Assembly: GCA_963752155.1 (NCBI GenBank)
Contig: CAVVXH010000011.1
Span: forward strand, 224,001-288,000
DNA: 64,000 nucleotides
Reading direction: 5' to 3'
Source: an uncultured Parachlamydiaceae bacterium
GTDB taxonomy: Bacteria; Chlamydiota; Chlamydiia; Chlamydiales; Parachlamydiaceae
Shown here: one piece after another, positions 11,149 through 20,659 of the stretch
Layout of the letters: each line of letters begins with the position of its first letter
Numbering within the stretch: the stretch's first letter is position 1
Notes under the pieces: generated by a model
The model's database searches: none
Told to the model about the DNA's origin: nothing
Seen by the model: the letters and a program-made list of their open reading frames with translations, nothing else
Program-made: the position numbers and the translations under genes

Positions 11149-11982
11149 CTAGCCTTTAAAAAATTCAAGCAAATCTGCATTGATCTGATCTTTTAAAGTC
11201 GAACACATTCCGTGAGGAGCCCCACTATAGACTTTGAGCCGTGAATTTGTAATTAATTTAGAAGAAAGCATTGCAGAGTCATCAATGGGTACAATTTGAT
11301 CATCATCTCCATGTAAAATCAAAGTAGGAATATCAAATTTTTTGAGATCTTGAGTAAAATCAGTTTCAGAGAAAGCCTTGATACAATCATATAACCCTTT
11401 AAAACCACCAAGCATCCCTTGCAACCAAAAGGAGTCTCTAAGGCCTTGGGAAACATTAGATCCAGACCTGTTAGCTCCATAAAATGGCCCACTGAGATCT
11501 TTGAAGAATTGAGAACGATCTACAAGCATATTTTTGCGAATCTGATTAAATACTTCGATAGGCAATCCACCTGGATTCTGTTTCGATTTTAACATGACTG
11601 GAGGAACAGCACCAATTAATACAGCTTTAGCCACTCGTTTTGTGCCATGGCGTCCTATGTAGCGTGCCACTTCACCCCCACCTGTGGAGTGACCTACATG
11701 AATAACATCTTTTAAATCAAGAGCATTAACTAGCTGTGCTAAGTCGTCAGCATAAGTGTCCATTTCATTACCACTCCAGGTCTGACTAGAGCGACCATGC
11801 CCACGGCGATCATGTGCAATACATCGGTATCCATGTGAAGCTAAAAATAACATCTGATCTTCCCAAGCGTCTGCAGTCAATGGCCATCCATGACTAAAAA
11901 CGACAGGTCGCCCATTTCCCCAATCTTTATAATAAATTTGGATGTCTTTATTGTTTTCTTTACCAACTTGTATATAGCTCAT
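11149..11982 (-). CDS. Non-heme chloroperoxidase-type alpha/beta hydrolase
   Basis: [34 protein letters not shown] nucleophile, [14 protein letters not shown]; start MSYIQVG after GGAG. Confidence 0.9.
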   Translation of the reverse strand: MSYIQVGKENNKDIQIYYKDWGNGRPVVFSHGWPLTADAWEDQMLFLASHGYRCIAHDRRGHGRSSQTWSGNEMDTYADDLAQLVNALDLKDVIHVGHSTGGGEVARYIGRHGTKRVAKAVLIGAVPPVMLKSKQNPGGLPIEVFNQIRKNMLVDRSQFFKDLSGPFYGANRSGSNVSQGLRDSFWLQGMLGGFKGLYDCIKAFSETDFTQDLKKFDIPTLILHGDDDQIVPIDDSAMLSSKLITNSRLKVYSGAPHGMCSTLKDQINADLLEFFKG

Positions 11983-12115
11983 GTTAACTCCCCTAAAGTA
12001 AAAGGCATGTATCTCTAGATATCTCAACTTGCTAAAATTTATACAAGAAAATATTGGTGCCTCAATGAGGAGAAACGAAACGACGTTTTTCGACCCAAAC
12101 CTTGCCATCTCTTCC

Positions 12116-12512
12116 TCCCCCATTTCCGGATCCAAAATAGGTAACTTCTAATTAAGTATGCACCCCTGATTATAACATCCAAAAACTTTTTGGAGTGCTG
12201 TGGGCTCTGCCACAGCGCGTGAAAAGGTTTAATCATAAAGTATGCAATTTAAAAAAATTCCCTTTCGGATGGCAAGGGTTTTGTTTTTTACAAATCTGTT
12301 CCTGACATACATTTATGGTCTGAATGAAGCTACGATTAGGAGGCTGTCATAAAGCGAGACAACATCCTATAATTTTTAATTGCATACTTTATGATTTAAC
12401 CTTCTTAACGCGCTGTGGCAGAGCCCACAGCACTCCAAAAAGTTTTTGGATGTTATAATCAGGGGGGCATACTTAATTAGAAGTCACATATTTTGGCACC
12501 AGAAATAGGGGG
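12116..12512. repeat. Large inverted repeat (about 140-bp arms, 12116-12254 and 12373-12512), MITE-like
   Basis: Left arm ...cttctaattaagtatgcacccctgattataacatccaaaaactttttggagtgctgtgggctctgccacagcgcgt... is the near-exact reverse complement of the right arm. Confidence 0.9.
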
Positions 12513-12544
12513 CGAGCAGGCAACCCTGTCTCGCTTTGCGTCAA

Positions 12545-13321
12545 CTAGACCTTTAGAGCTTCGAACATTTTTCTTGCCAATTGAACATCTTGTGGTTTGT
12601 TAATGTCCAATGTTCTTTTCTTCATTTGATTGTTCAAAGCATCATAGAACTTATCAAATGTATTTGCATTACCACAATGATATATCTCTACAAATCCACT
12701 TTTCAAAGCTTTGTATGTTTCAGAATCTTCAGAAGTGATAATCTTAGCAATTGCATCATAGAGGCTCATCTCTGGGTTTTTTGCTGCATATTCATTTAAT
12801 TTATCTCTAAGAATTACACCACGTAGCTCTCCTACTGTCGTTGAACCTCGATTTGAAAAATCCATGATTTCTTGCGTTTTTGTATTTCGAATATTAAATT
12901 TGGGTCCACCAGGAACGTCAAAAGCCATGTCTTTCAATTTTAAATTTTTCATGAATTTAACATCGATCTCTTGAACCGGCCTATCCGTTATAACATCACC
13001 GTAATCTTCAGGTCTTGCTTGTTGGATTTGTGGCATCGCGCTAAATGCTACTCTTAAAAATTCATTGAACGTCTCTGGACATTCTCTTTTGTTTGCTCTT
13101 AACGGCTCTCCTTGAGCAGCTATAAGCACCGCTGCAGCTATTGACAAACCTGCGAGGGTGAATTGAGCAACTTTCCAGACAGTCGCTTTCAAAAAACTCT
13201 CGGGCTTTGGCTGTTCTTTCTTTGTCACTTTTTCTTGGTTAGTCATTCCAACCAATGAATGATCCACTTGATCTGTATACGTAGTGCCCATCGGAGCTGG
13301 TATATTAGCTGAAATACTCAT
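12545..13321 (-). CDS. Hypothetical protein with one N-proximal hydrophobic segment
   Basis: 258-aa ORF; low-complexity N-terminus, then VAQFTLAGLSIAAAVLIAA; no recognised motif. Confidence 0.65.
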   Translation of the reverse strand: MSISANIPAPMGTTYTDQVDHSLVGMTNQEKVTKKEQPKPESFLKATVWKVAQFTLAGLSIAAAVLIAAQGEPLRANKRECPETFNEFLRVAFSAMPQIQQARPEDYGDVITDRPVQEIDVKFMKNLKLKDMAFDVPGGPKFNIRNTKTQEIMDFSNRGSTTVGELRGVILRDKLNEYAAKNPEMSLYDAIAKIITSEDSETYKALKSGFVEIYHCGNANTFDKFYDALNNQMKKRTLDINKPQDVQLARKMFEALKV

Positions 13322-13695
13322 AATCTAAACCTTGAATAAAATATTTTATTGTTATATGACTTATTTTGATTAATCTCATAGATAGATCAATACAATCGGT
13401 CATATGTTTATTTATAGCATAAAACTGTTACAACATGCAACAGGAAAAACAAAGTGCTGCTTTAACAGATGAAGAACAGGGTTAACAAGCACTCTAAAAG
13501 TACCCTTGTTAATCAAGGATGAGATCATTTTTTTCTTATGGATTAATAAATCAACAAGAAAGTCCCCGTTAAAAACAAGTAAAAATCTATAAAAATAATT
13601 TATAAAGATCAAATATATTGAAGGACAAAGAGATCTTACATGTAAAGTATCGTAATAACCAAAAAATTGCGCAAATTTCTTAGCTGCTACGATAT

Positions 13696-13745
13696 CAGAC
13701 CTGATATTCTGACATTAAGATCAGACACCAATGGCAAGGCGCTTT
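13696..13745. repeat. Partial copy of palindromic element family B
   Basis: cagacctgatattctgacatt and caccaatggcaaggcgcttt match the 35428-35766 element. Confidence 0.75.
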
Positions 13746-13747
13746 CC

Positions 13748-13927
13748 CTATGATTTCTTTTTGGGAACTTTAACACCTTCTTTTCGTGCCTCAGAGAGAC
13801 CAATTGCAATAGCTTGCTTAGGATTCGTCACTTTTTTATGACTTTTCCCAGATTCAAGGGTCCCTTCCTTCATTTTGTGCATCGCTTTTTCTACCGATTC
13901 GCCTGCTTTCGCTCCATATTTAGCCAT
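13748..13927 (-). CDS. Small basic protein, DUF6496-like (absent from ORF track, 59 aa)
   Basis: MAKYGAKAGESVEKAMHKMKEGTLESGKSHKKVTNPKQAIAIGLSEARKEGVKVPKKKS*; GGAGG RBS; QAIAIGLSEAR signature. Confidence 0.85.
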   Translation of the reverse strand: MAKYGAKAGESVEKAMHKMKEGTLESGKSHKKVTNPKQAIAIGLSEARKEGVKVPKKKS

Positions 13928-14007
13928 AACTCCTCCCTTATTACTTTTTTTTTAGATATATCTCCCAAAGGTTAATTTGTAAATTTTTTTTTGCTTCATT
14001 TTTTTAT

Positions 14008-14036
14008 TTGACAAAATATTTTTTTTGAAATATGAG
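14008..14036 (+). promoter_or_regulatory. Putative sigma70/sigma66-type promoter for the BON gene
   Basis: TTGACA, 17 nt, TATGAG. Confidence 0.4.
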
Positions 14037-14108
14037 GAAAATATAGCAGTTTAGGAATCTAAAGATGCTATAACTTCTAAAATTCCAATTTAAAAAAAAG
14101 GATTCATT

Positions 14109-14729
14109 ATGAGTAAAAACCTTATAAACAAAACTTCCTTAATTGCTCTAGCGTTAGGAGCTAATTTTGCTATCATACAAGCCGATTCCTATAATTCCTA
14201 TAATCAACCCAGAGAAACAGCTTATGGTGAAAATCAAACAACAACTACATCCAATCAAGAACTCGAAAAAAAAATCCGTTCTAAAATAGAATCAGGATGG
14301 TTCTCAAAAGGTTACGAGCAACTTAACGTAAGAGTGAATAACGGAAATGTAACCATCCAAGGGCCTGTCAAAACATGGAAAGATAAAGAAGGGGTTGAAA
14401 AAGAAGTCCGCAACATCCCTGGAGTCATTAGCCTAAATAGCCAAATTACTGTCACAGAACCAAACTCAAATGATTCTAGAGAAAAAGAGTTTGCACAGGA
14501 TAAAGGTGCTACTTCAGAAGATAATCAACTCAATAAAAAAATCCGCGATCAAGTTAGCCGAGGTTGGCTATGGGACAGCTATAAACAAGTCATTTTAAAT
14601 ACGTCGAATGGTAATGTGACTTTAGAAGGTTTTGTTAGAAGCAATAGTAACCAACAAAAACTTATAGATGAAATAAAGAAAGTCGATGGTGTTAAGTCTG
14701 TCAAAAGTGAATTAAGAATCAGAGATTAA
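14109..14729 (+). CDS. Secreted double-BON-domain protein (OsmY-like)
   Basis: Signal peptide; two repeats of V.V.NGNVT(I/L).G.V...V..V.GV.S(L/V).S.(I/L). Confidence 0.85.
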   Translation: MSKNLINKTSLIALALGANFAIIQADSYNSYNQPRETAYGENQTTTTSNQELEKKIRSKIESGWFSKGYEQLNVRVNNGNVTIQGPVKTWKDKEGVEKEVRNIPGVISLNSQITVTEPNSNDSREKEFAQDKGATSEDNQLNKKIRDQVSRGWLWDSYKQVILNTSNGNVTLEGFVRSNSNQQKLIDEIKKVDGVKSVKSELRIRD

Positions 14730-14753
14730 TAAAAAGTAAATAAGAGGATACCT

Positions 14754-14834
14754 ATGGGCAGGATGTTGATTCTATGGATGATGGGGATACCTATCTTGGT
14801 AATTATCATACTTAAAGTTTTAGGATTAATATAA
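14754..14834 (+). CDS. 26-aa hydrophobic small protein (absent from ORF track)
   Basis: MGRMLILWMMGIPILVIIILKVLGLI*; AGAGGA RBS; LWxxGxP single-TM pattern. Confidence 0.6.
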   Translation: MGRMLILWMMGIPILVIIILKVLGLI

Positions 14835-14873
14835 TCTTAAAACATTACTTACAAAAATTTAAGGAGTAATATT

Positions 14874-15410
14874 ATGAAAACACAAACATTAGACAAATTG
14901 TTTATTGATGAATTAGAAGATATGTATAGTTCTGAAAATCAAATAATCAAATCTTTACCCAATTTAATAAAACTGGCAACATTTCCAGATTTAAAAAAGG
15001 CACTATCTAATCATTTAAAAGAAACTCAAGATCAAGTAAAAAGGCTCGAAAAAATATTTTCTTTTTTAGATTTATCTCCCACAGAAAAACACTGTAAGGC
15101 AATGGAAGGAATTTTAAAAGAAGCAAATGATTTAGTAGAAAATAAACCAAAAGCAGCGACTTTAGATGCAGCGATTATTAGTGCTGCTCAAAAAGTTGAA
15201 CACTATGAAATGGCTTCTTATGGCACATTACGTAGTTTTGCAAAATATTTAGAAATGGACCAAGAAATCATTGATCTTCTACAAGAAACATTAAATGAAG
15301 AAGGTGGTGCTGATAAAGCTCTTACAAAAATTGCTGAAGGTTCTTTGTTTTCAAGCGGTGTAAATAAAGAAGCAGCCTCTGATAGCCCCCACCACCATCA
15401 TCATAAATAA
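14874..15410 (+). CDS. Ferritin-like DUF892 (YciE/YciF family) stress protein
   Basis: LEDMYSSENQI, HLKETQDQVKRLE, CKAMEG, AAQKVEHYEMASYGTL, ETLNEEGGADKALT; His-rich tail. Confidence 0.9.
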   Translation: MKTQTLDKLFIDELEDMYSSENQIIKSLPNLIKLATFPDLKKALSNHLKETQDQVKRLEKIFSFLDLSPTEKHCKAMEGILKEANDLVENKPKAATLDAAIISAAQKVEHYEMASYGTLRSFAKYLEMDQEIIDLLQETLNEEGGADKALTKIAEGSLFSSGVNKEAASDSPHHHHHK

Positions 15411-15420
15411 ATTCCATTAG

Positions 15421-15445
15421 GGAGAGGAGCCAAACATTCCTCTCC
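15421..15445. terminator. Hairpin between convergent genes
   Basis: ggagagga...tcctctcc. Confidence 0.5.
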
Positions 15446-15462
15446 GAGTACATAAAGTCATT

Positions 15463-17235
15463 TTACACACGTTTTCTTTTTTCTTTTGGCTGATCCAGAT
15501 CAATTTCTTCATCAAAGGGGAATGCTCTTTTATTCTCCCCCTTATGATGAAATTCTTCCATCTGCTGATCAAAAACAGGACTCAATTTATTTTGTTCCCA
15601 CCATGGATTTTCAAAAGATTGGGTTGAAAATTTTGGCAATTTTCTCGCTCGCTTTTTTAAAAATTTCCATCTTCCGATCGGATCATATACATCTTCTAAA
15701 TTTCTATCTTGACCCCAAGTAAGGGCTCTTAAATTTGTTAATTGAGAAAGACGTTCAATTCCATTTTCTGTAATACGTTTACATAAATTGAAATTCACTG
15801 TTTGTAAATTTATTAATCCCAAAAGATAATGGATCGCGGCGTCTGTGATTTTTCGGTTAAAGAAAAAATTGAGATTTTGCAAATTAACTAACCCAGAAAG
15901 TTTCTCAACCATCTCATCAGTCATCTTGCTGCAAGAAAGATTAAGATTTTGCAAATTTATTAATCTAGAAATAGGCTCCAGTCCCATACACGTTGGGTCC
16001 AGCCAAGAAGTGAGAGAAAGAGTCTGCAAATTTGTTAATGGAGCAAAATACTGAATAGTTCCACCTAAATCCCCTCCAACCGCTTGAATTTCAAAATATT
16101 TAAGTTTTTCTAATGTAGAAAAGTGTTTAAGACTCTTCTCCGAAATATTAAAGCAATATTGAGTGCGGCTATCGCAATAAAGATACGTAAGATTTGTCAA
16201 TTTAGAAAGATGTTGAAATTCATCATCCAAGATCTGGTGAGAAAGTTCAATCTGAAGGCTTATTAAAGATGTAAAACCAATAAGATTTTTTAAATCTACT
16301 TGAGTTAAAGGGAAATTAATTTCTAACATCTCTAGAGTCTTGAATGTCTTAAAATGCTCTAACCCGATATTCATATACTTATGTCTACTATCTATTTGAA
16401 TTGCGATGGTTCCTTCGTCGCGAATTTTAAGTACCTTGAGATTAGTAAATTGCTGACACTCTTTAATGTCATAGACAGTTAGAAAATAAGGATTGCTAAG
16501 AAATAATTTATACGGATTTACAAGTTCTAATGGCCATCTTTTCAAAGCTGTTTGAGAAAAATTAGATTTATCTCTTAAATTTATAATCAGACTTACATAT
16601 TGCATTTGCGTGCGTTTTAAGTTGAGGACTTTTATAGATTGAAGAGTCCTCAAAAACATGTCAACCCTATAATTTTCTTTCCATATTGATTTCTGTTGTG
16701 ATGATACAAATTTTAAATGGTTTTGTATAAAGAAATCAAAAATTGGGACTCGTCCAAATTCAATCAAAGTCGGAAAAACATCATCACAAAGGATATTCAA
16801 TCCATTATCAAATTTTTCATAAATAGCGACCAGCTTCTCATAGCAGATTTTTAATTTTTCATTTGTTTTAGACATCAGTGGATCCTCAAATTCCTTATAG
16901 CTAAACGATAAGGATGCAAAAATAGAAATAATTTTTTTATTAAGATCCAAAGAGAGCATTTCAAAGTAACTAATCGAATTTATATATTTATTATTTACTA
17001 AGATAAAATTAGCAACACATTCAATTTTGTTAGAAGTATAATTTAAATTGTAGTTTAAAGCAATTTTTTCGAGTCTTTTAAGATCAGAATACACAGCACG
17101 CATATTGGTAGAATAAAAAACTAACTTAAGATTTCTATATATAAATAATATTTTCTGATTTACTTCTGATAAAAAATCCATTTCATTAAATGATAAAAAA
17201 TAATTTTCATTAGCCAAATTACAATCAACTTCCAT
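15463..17235 (-). CDS. Leucine-rich repeat protein, putative host-directed effector
   Basis: Repeats LxxLxNLxxLxL..C.K(I/M)TD (e.g. LINLQNLNLSCSKMTD, LINLQTVNFNLCKRITE); start MEVDCN after GAGGTG; C-terminus PKEKRKRV. Confidence 0.85.
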   Translation of the reverse strand: MEVDCNLANENYFLSFNEMDFLSEVNQKILFIYRNLKLVFYSTNMRAVYSDLKRLEKIALNYNLNYTSNKIECVANFILVNNKYINSISYFEMLSLDLNKKIISIFASLSFSYKEFEDPLMSKTNEKLKICYEKLVAIYEKFDNGLNILCDDVFPTLIEFGRVPIFDFFIQNHLKFVSSQQKSIWKENYRVDMFLRTLQSIKVLNLKRTQMQYVSLIINLRDKSNFSQTALKRWPLELVNPYKLFLSNPYFLTVYDIKECQQFTNLKVLKIRDEGTIAIQIDSRHKYMNIGLEHFKTFKTLEMLEINFPLTQVDLKNLIGFTSLISLQIELSHQILDDEFQHLSKLTNLTYLYCDSRTQYCFNISEKSLKHFSTLEKLKYFEIQAVGGDLGGTIQYFAPLTNLQTLSLTSWLDPTCMGLEPISRLINLQNLNLSCSKMTDEMVEKLSGLVNLQNLNFFFNRKITDAAIHYLLGLINLQTVNFNLCKRITENGIERLSQLTNLRALTWGQDRNLEDVYDPIGRWKFLKKRARKLPKFSTQSFENPWWEQNKLSPVFDQQMEEFHHKGENKRAFPFDEEIDLDQPKEKRKRV

Positions 17236-17483
17236 ATCACCTCTAGAATTACAAATTATTTTTACTAGTTCTAACATATGCAAAATCATATCAATACATA
17301 GATTTATACGTCAAGGTTAACTCTTAGAGAATCATTTTGACAATTAATTTTGTTAAATTAATTCTTTTAATAGAGTAATCCACATTGAAAAAGAGGAATT
17401 TCTTGTTTAAGCGGATGCAAAATATCATCTTTGACAAGGTATGCAGGCAAAGAAGCTTCCCTTAGCTGATGTCTTGTCTTATT

Positions 17484-17694
17484 TTAAAGTTTAGCTCTAC
17501 GCGAGAGATCGTAACTCCCTTTGACTAAATCAAGCATAGAACTTCCAGAAAAAACAACTTTTAATGAAGGAAAAGAATCATAAATATTCTTTAAATCGAT
17601 TACGCAACTGAAATTGAGGATAGAGATAACGGGTTCGGGAGAAAGTAAGCTCTTCAATCAATCGTTGAAAAGTGGCTGAAATAAAACGAAACAT
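17484..17694 (-). pseudogene. Remnant of an AAA_14/DUF4143-type ATP-binding protein
   Basis: MFRFISATFQRLIEELTFSRTRYLYPQFQLRNR is joined out of frame to LKNIYDSFPSLKVVFSGSSMLDLVKGSYDLSRRAKL*; the Walker A/B region is missing. Confidence 0.65.
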
Positions 17695-17722
17695 GAGTAC
17701 ACTCCAAAATTTAACGCTTAAA

Positions 17723-17888
17723 TCTATACCAGGCGCGACCATAGATTGTATTTTTTTGCTGCGTGAAAGCCCCGCGGTTGAACGATCAAAAATGACCCAA
17801 TATTGCAATATGGGGTCATTTTTGATCGTTCAACCGCGGGAGCTTTGACGCGCAAAAAAATACAATCTATGGCCGCGCCTGGTATAGA
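17723..17888. repeat. Near-perfect 166-bp palindrome, family C
   Basis: tctataccaggcgcgaccatagattgtatttttttgc...aaaatgacccaatattg|caatatggggtcatttt...gcaaaaaaatacaatctatggccgcgcctggtataga; partial end copy near 27306 (ctataccaggcacggctat). Confidence 0.9.
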
Positions 17889-17912
17889 GTGTACTCCCAA
17901 AATCTTAGATTT

Positions 17913-20570
17913 TCAATGGATAATATCACCTGATTGCTGGATGAGCTTGGCAATCAAAGCCGTCCAACCTGTCTGATGGCTTGCACCTAAACCTAAACCG
18001 CTATCTCCATGGAAATATTCATTAAACAAAAGCAAATCTTTCCAATAAGGATCATGGCGATATTTTTCAGAAGTCCCATAGATAGGACGATTGCCTTCTT
18101 GATTCACCTGGAATAGTTTAATTAATCTTTTTGACAATTCTACACTGACATCCCAAAGGTTCAAAAATTGACCAGAACGAGTAGGAAACTCAACTTTCAA
18201 GGTATCTCCATAGTAGTAATAATACTTCTGCAACGATTCAATGATCAAAAAATTCATTGGAAACCATATCGGACCGCGCCAATTTGAATTTCCACCAAAA
18301 AGACCGCTGTCTGCATCACCAGGGACATAGCCAACAGAATAATTTTCTCCATCTAGATTAAGTGAGTAAGGGTGATCCTTATGGTATTTTGAGAGTGAAC
18401 GAATCCCATATTCAGAAAGAAATTCATTTTCATCTAACATATATTTGAGAATACTGACTAGACGTTCTTCTGTTAGAATAGAGAGCAATCTTCTATTTTC
18501 AACTCCAGGGCGATAGATGCAAGTTAAATTCGCAAAAACATGAGGCCGTTTACTTATAAACCAATCGACTCGACGTGAAAAGACAGTCAACTTTCGCATC
18601 TCCTCTGATTCCAAAGTTTCGACAGCTAGTAAAGGCAAAAGACCGACAAGCGAACGCACTTTCACCGGAACAATTTGATCATTTGGCAGATGAACAGCAT
18701 CATAAAAAAAGCCGTCATCATCATTCCAAAGGTGATGTCCCTTTCCTCCACAATTTGTCAACGCTCCAGCTATACGCAAAAAGTGTTCAAAAAATTTTGT
18801 AGCAATATCTTGAAAATAAGGTTCTTCGAGAGATAAGTGAAGAGCCATCCGCATCATCAGTATACAATAAAATGCCATCCATGCTGTGCCATCAGCTTGA
18901 TCAATGTGTCCTCCGGACGGAATAGACTTACTCCGATCAAAAAGGCTAATGTTATCTAAACCTAAAAATCCTCCCTGGAATACATTATTACCATCTTTAT
19001 CTTTCCGATTGACCCACCAAGTAAAGTTCAGGAGAAGTTTATTAAAAACTCCTTTTAGAAAATCACGATCATGGGTACCACTAACCTTCCCTTCGATTTT
19101 ATATGCCCTCCATGCCCCCCAAGCTAAAACAGGGGGATTAACATCTGAAAAGTTCCATTCATAGGCCGGCAGCTGTCCATTGGGATGCATATACCATTCG
19201 CGAGTATATAGCACAATTTGTCGCTTAGCAAAATCGGGGTCGATTAATAACAGAGGGATACAATGAAAGGCAGTATCCCACGAACAAAAGTAAGGATATT
19301 CCCATTTATCGGGCATCGAGAAGATATCAAAACTGGTCAAATGCTCCCACTCACGATTCCGTTCTACTGTCCTATAAACAGGGAGTTCAGGATCTCCTTT
19401 GCCCCATTGTTCAACATCTAAATAATAAAATTGTTTATTCCAAAGAAGTCCTGCAAAAGCTTTTCTCTGTATTTGTTTCAGTTCTTCAGTTAAGTTTCCG
19501 TGCTGAATAGCGGCATAAAATTCATTTGCTTCCTCTTTTCGTTTCAAAATAAGCTCATCTATATCCTTAAACGGCTGATTGACTTCCATTTTAGAAAACC
19601 TCAAGGTTATCGTAGTATATTCCTGAGGAGGAACTTTCTTCCGATAAACAGCTGCTGCCTTAGTTCCTACTTGATTGATATTAATTGCAGATTTTTCCTC
19701 GCCTACAATATAGCGATGAAACGCGTCTTTGGTATATGGGGAACTATTTTTGACTCCAAAGAGTTTTTCATTATTCGTTTCATTTTCAGTAAAGATAAGC
19801 TCGGGATTCTCTGCGCAATAAAGGTAATAAGATCCTTCTATGGGATGTTCAAGGAGAAATGTTGCCTTTTCCGGCACCCTCTTTATCTGGGGTTTTCCAT
19901 GTTCATCTCCAGTTGGCCCTTCATTTCCATACCTCCAGCTCCAAGTATTTCTAAACCATATAATAGGAAGTATCGTTATTTCCGCTTCTTCTGGGCCACG
20001 ATTATGAAGAGTGTAGCGGATCAAAATATCCTCTTCGTCCACTTTAACGTACTCAATGAAGAGATCAAAATAACGGTTTTCATCAAACACGCCGGTGTCA
20101 GTCAATTCATATTCCCGTTCCTGTCGTCCCCGTTTTTTGTTTTCCTTTCTTAATTTGTCGTACGGAAATTCTTGTTGAGGGTACTTATAGAGCATTTTCA
20201 TATAGCTATGGGTCGGTGTGCTATCGATATAATAATAACATTCTTTGACGTCTTCGCCATGATTTCCTTCTAGACCACTCAGCCCGAACAATCTTTCTTT
20301 TAAAAACGGATCTTTACCATTCCAAAGGGCTAATGAAAGACAAATTCTCTGATTGCGATCAGAAATCCCTCCTAATCCATCTTCATTCCATCTATAAGCT
20401 CTTGCTTGAGCCATTTCATAAGAAAAATACTGCCAGGCTTCCCCTTCTCGACTATAATCTTCGCGCACAGTTCCCCATGCTCGTTCAGATAAATAAGGTC
20501 CCCATTTCTTCCACTTTGTTTTATCGAAACGATAGGATTTTAATCGCTGATGTTCGGCAGTCTCTTGCAT
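17913..20570 (-). CDS. MGH1-like / GH63-type glycoside hydrolase (glucosidase)
   Basis: WKKWGPYLSERAWGTVREDYS, GNHGEDVKE, SMPDKWEYP, GGFLGLDNI, GGNSNWRGPIWFP, EYFHGDSG.GLGASHQTGWT. Confidence 0.9.
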   Translation of the reverse strand: MQETAEHQRLKSYRFDKTKWKKWGPYLSERAWGTVREDYSREGEAWQYFSYEMAQARAYRWNEDGLGGISDRNQRICLSLALWNGKDPFLKERLFGLSGLEGNHGEDVKECYYYIDSTPTHSYMKMLYKYPQQEFPYDKLRKENKKRGRQEREYELTDTGVFDENRYFDLFIEYVKVDEEDILIRYTLHNRGPEEAEITILPIIWFRNTWSWRYGNEGPTGDEHGKPQIKRVPEKATFLLEHPIEGSYYLYCAENPELIFTENETNNEKLFGVKNSSPYTKDAFHRYIVGEEKSAININQVGTKAAAVYRKKVPPQEYTTITLRFSKMEVNQPFKDIDELILKRKEEANEFYAAIQHGNLTEELKQIQRKAFAGLLWNKQFYYLDVEQWGKGDPELPVYRTVERNREWEHLTSFDIFSMPDKWEYPYFCSWDTAFHCIPLLLIDPDFAKRQIVLYTREWYMHPNGQLPAYEWNFSDVNPPVLAWGAWRAYKIEGKVSGTHDRDFLKGVFNKLLLNFTWWVNRKDKDGNNVFQGGFLGLDNISLFDRSKSIPSGGHIDQADGTAWMAFYCILMMRMALHLSLEEPYFQDIATKFFEHFLRIAGALTNCGGKGHHLWNDDDGFFYDAVHLPNDQIVPVKVRSLVGLLPLLAVETLESEEMRKLTVFSRRVDWFISKRPHVFANLTCIYRPGVENRRLLSILTEERLVSILKYMLDENEFLSEYGIRSLSKYHKDHPYSLNLDGENYSVGYVPGDADSGLFGGNSNWRGPIWFPMNFLIIESLQKYYYYYGDTLKVEFPTRSGQFLNLWDVSVELSKRLIKLFQVNQEGNRPIYGTSEKYRHDPYWKDLLLFNEYFHGDSGLGLGASHQTGWTALIAKLIQQSGDIIH

Positions 20571-20659
20571 GATATCTCCTCAATAAGTAAGTCTTTTATT
20601 ATTGATTTATAACCACGTATTTTGCTATGATCAATCTATAATATTACTTTGGAGGAATC

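Noticed and set aside
12039..12236. ORFs within palindromic elements (also 17578-17808 5' part and 35707-36010)
   Set aside because: They lie on inverted-repeat DNA and have no coding signature.
19500..20153. 217-aa plus-strand ORF and the many other short ORFs inside long genes
   Set aside because: Antisense or alternate-frame shadows of well-supported genes, with no motifs.
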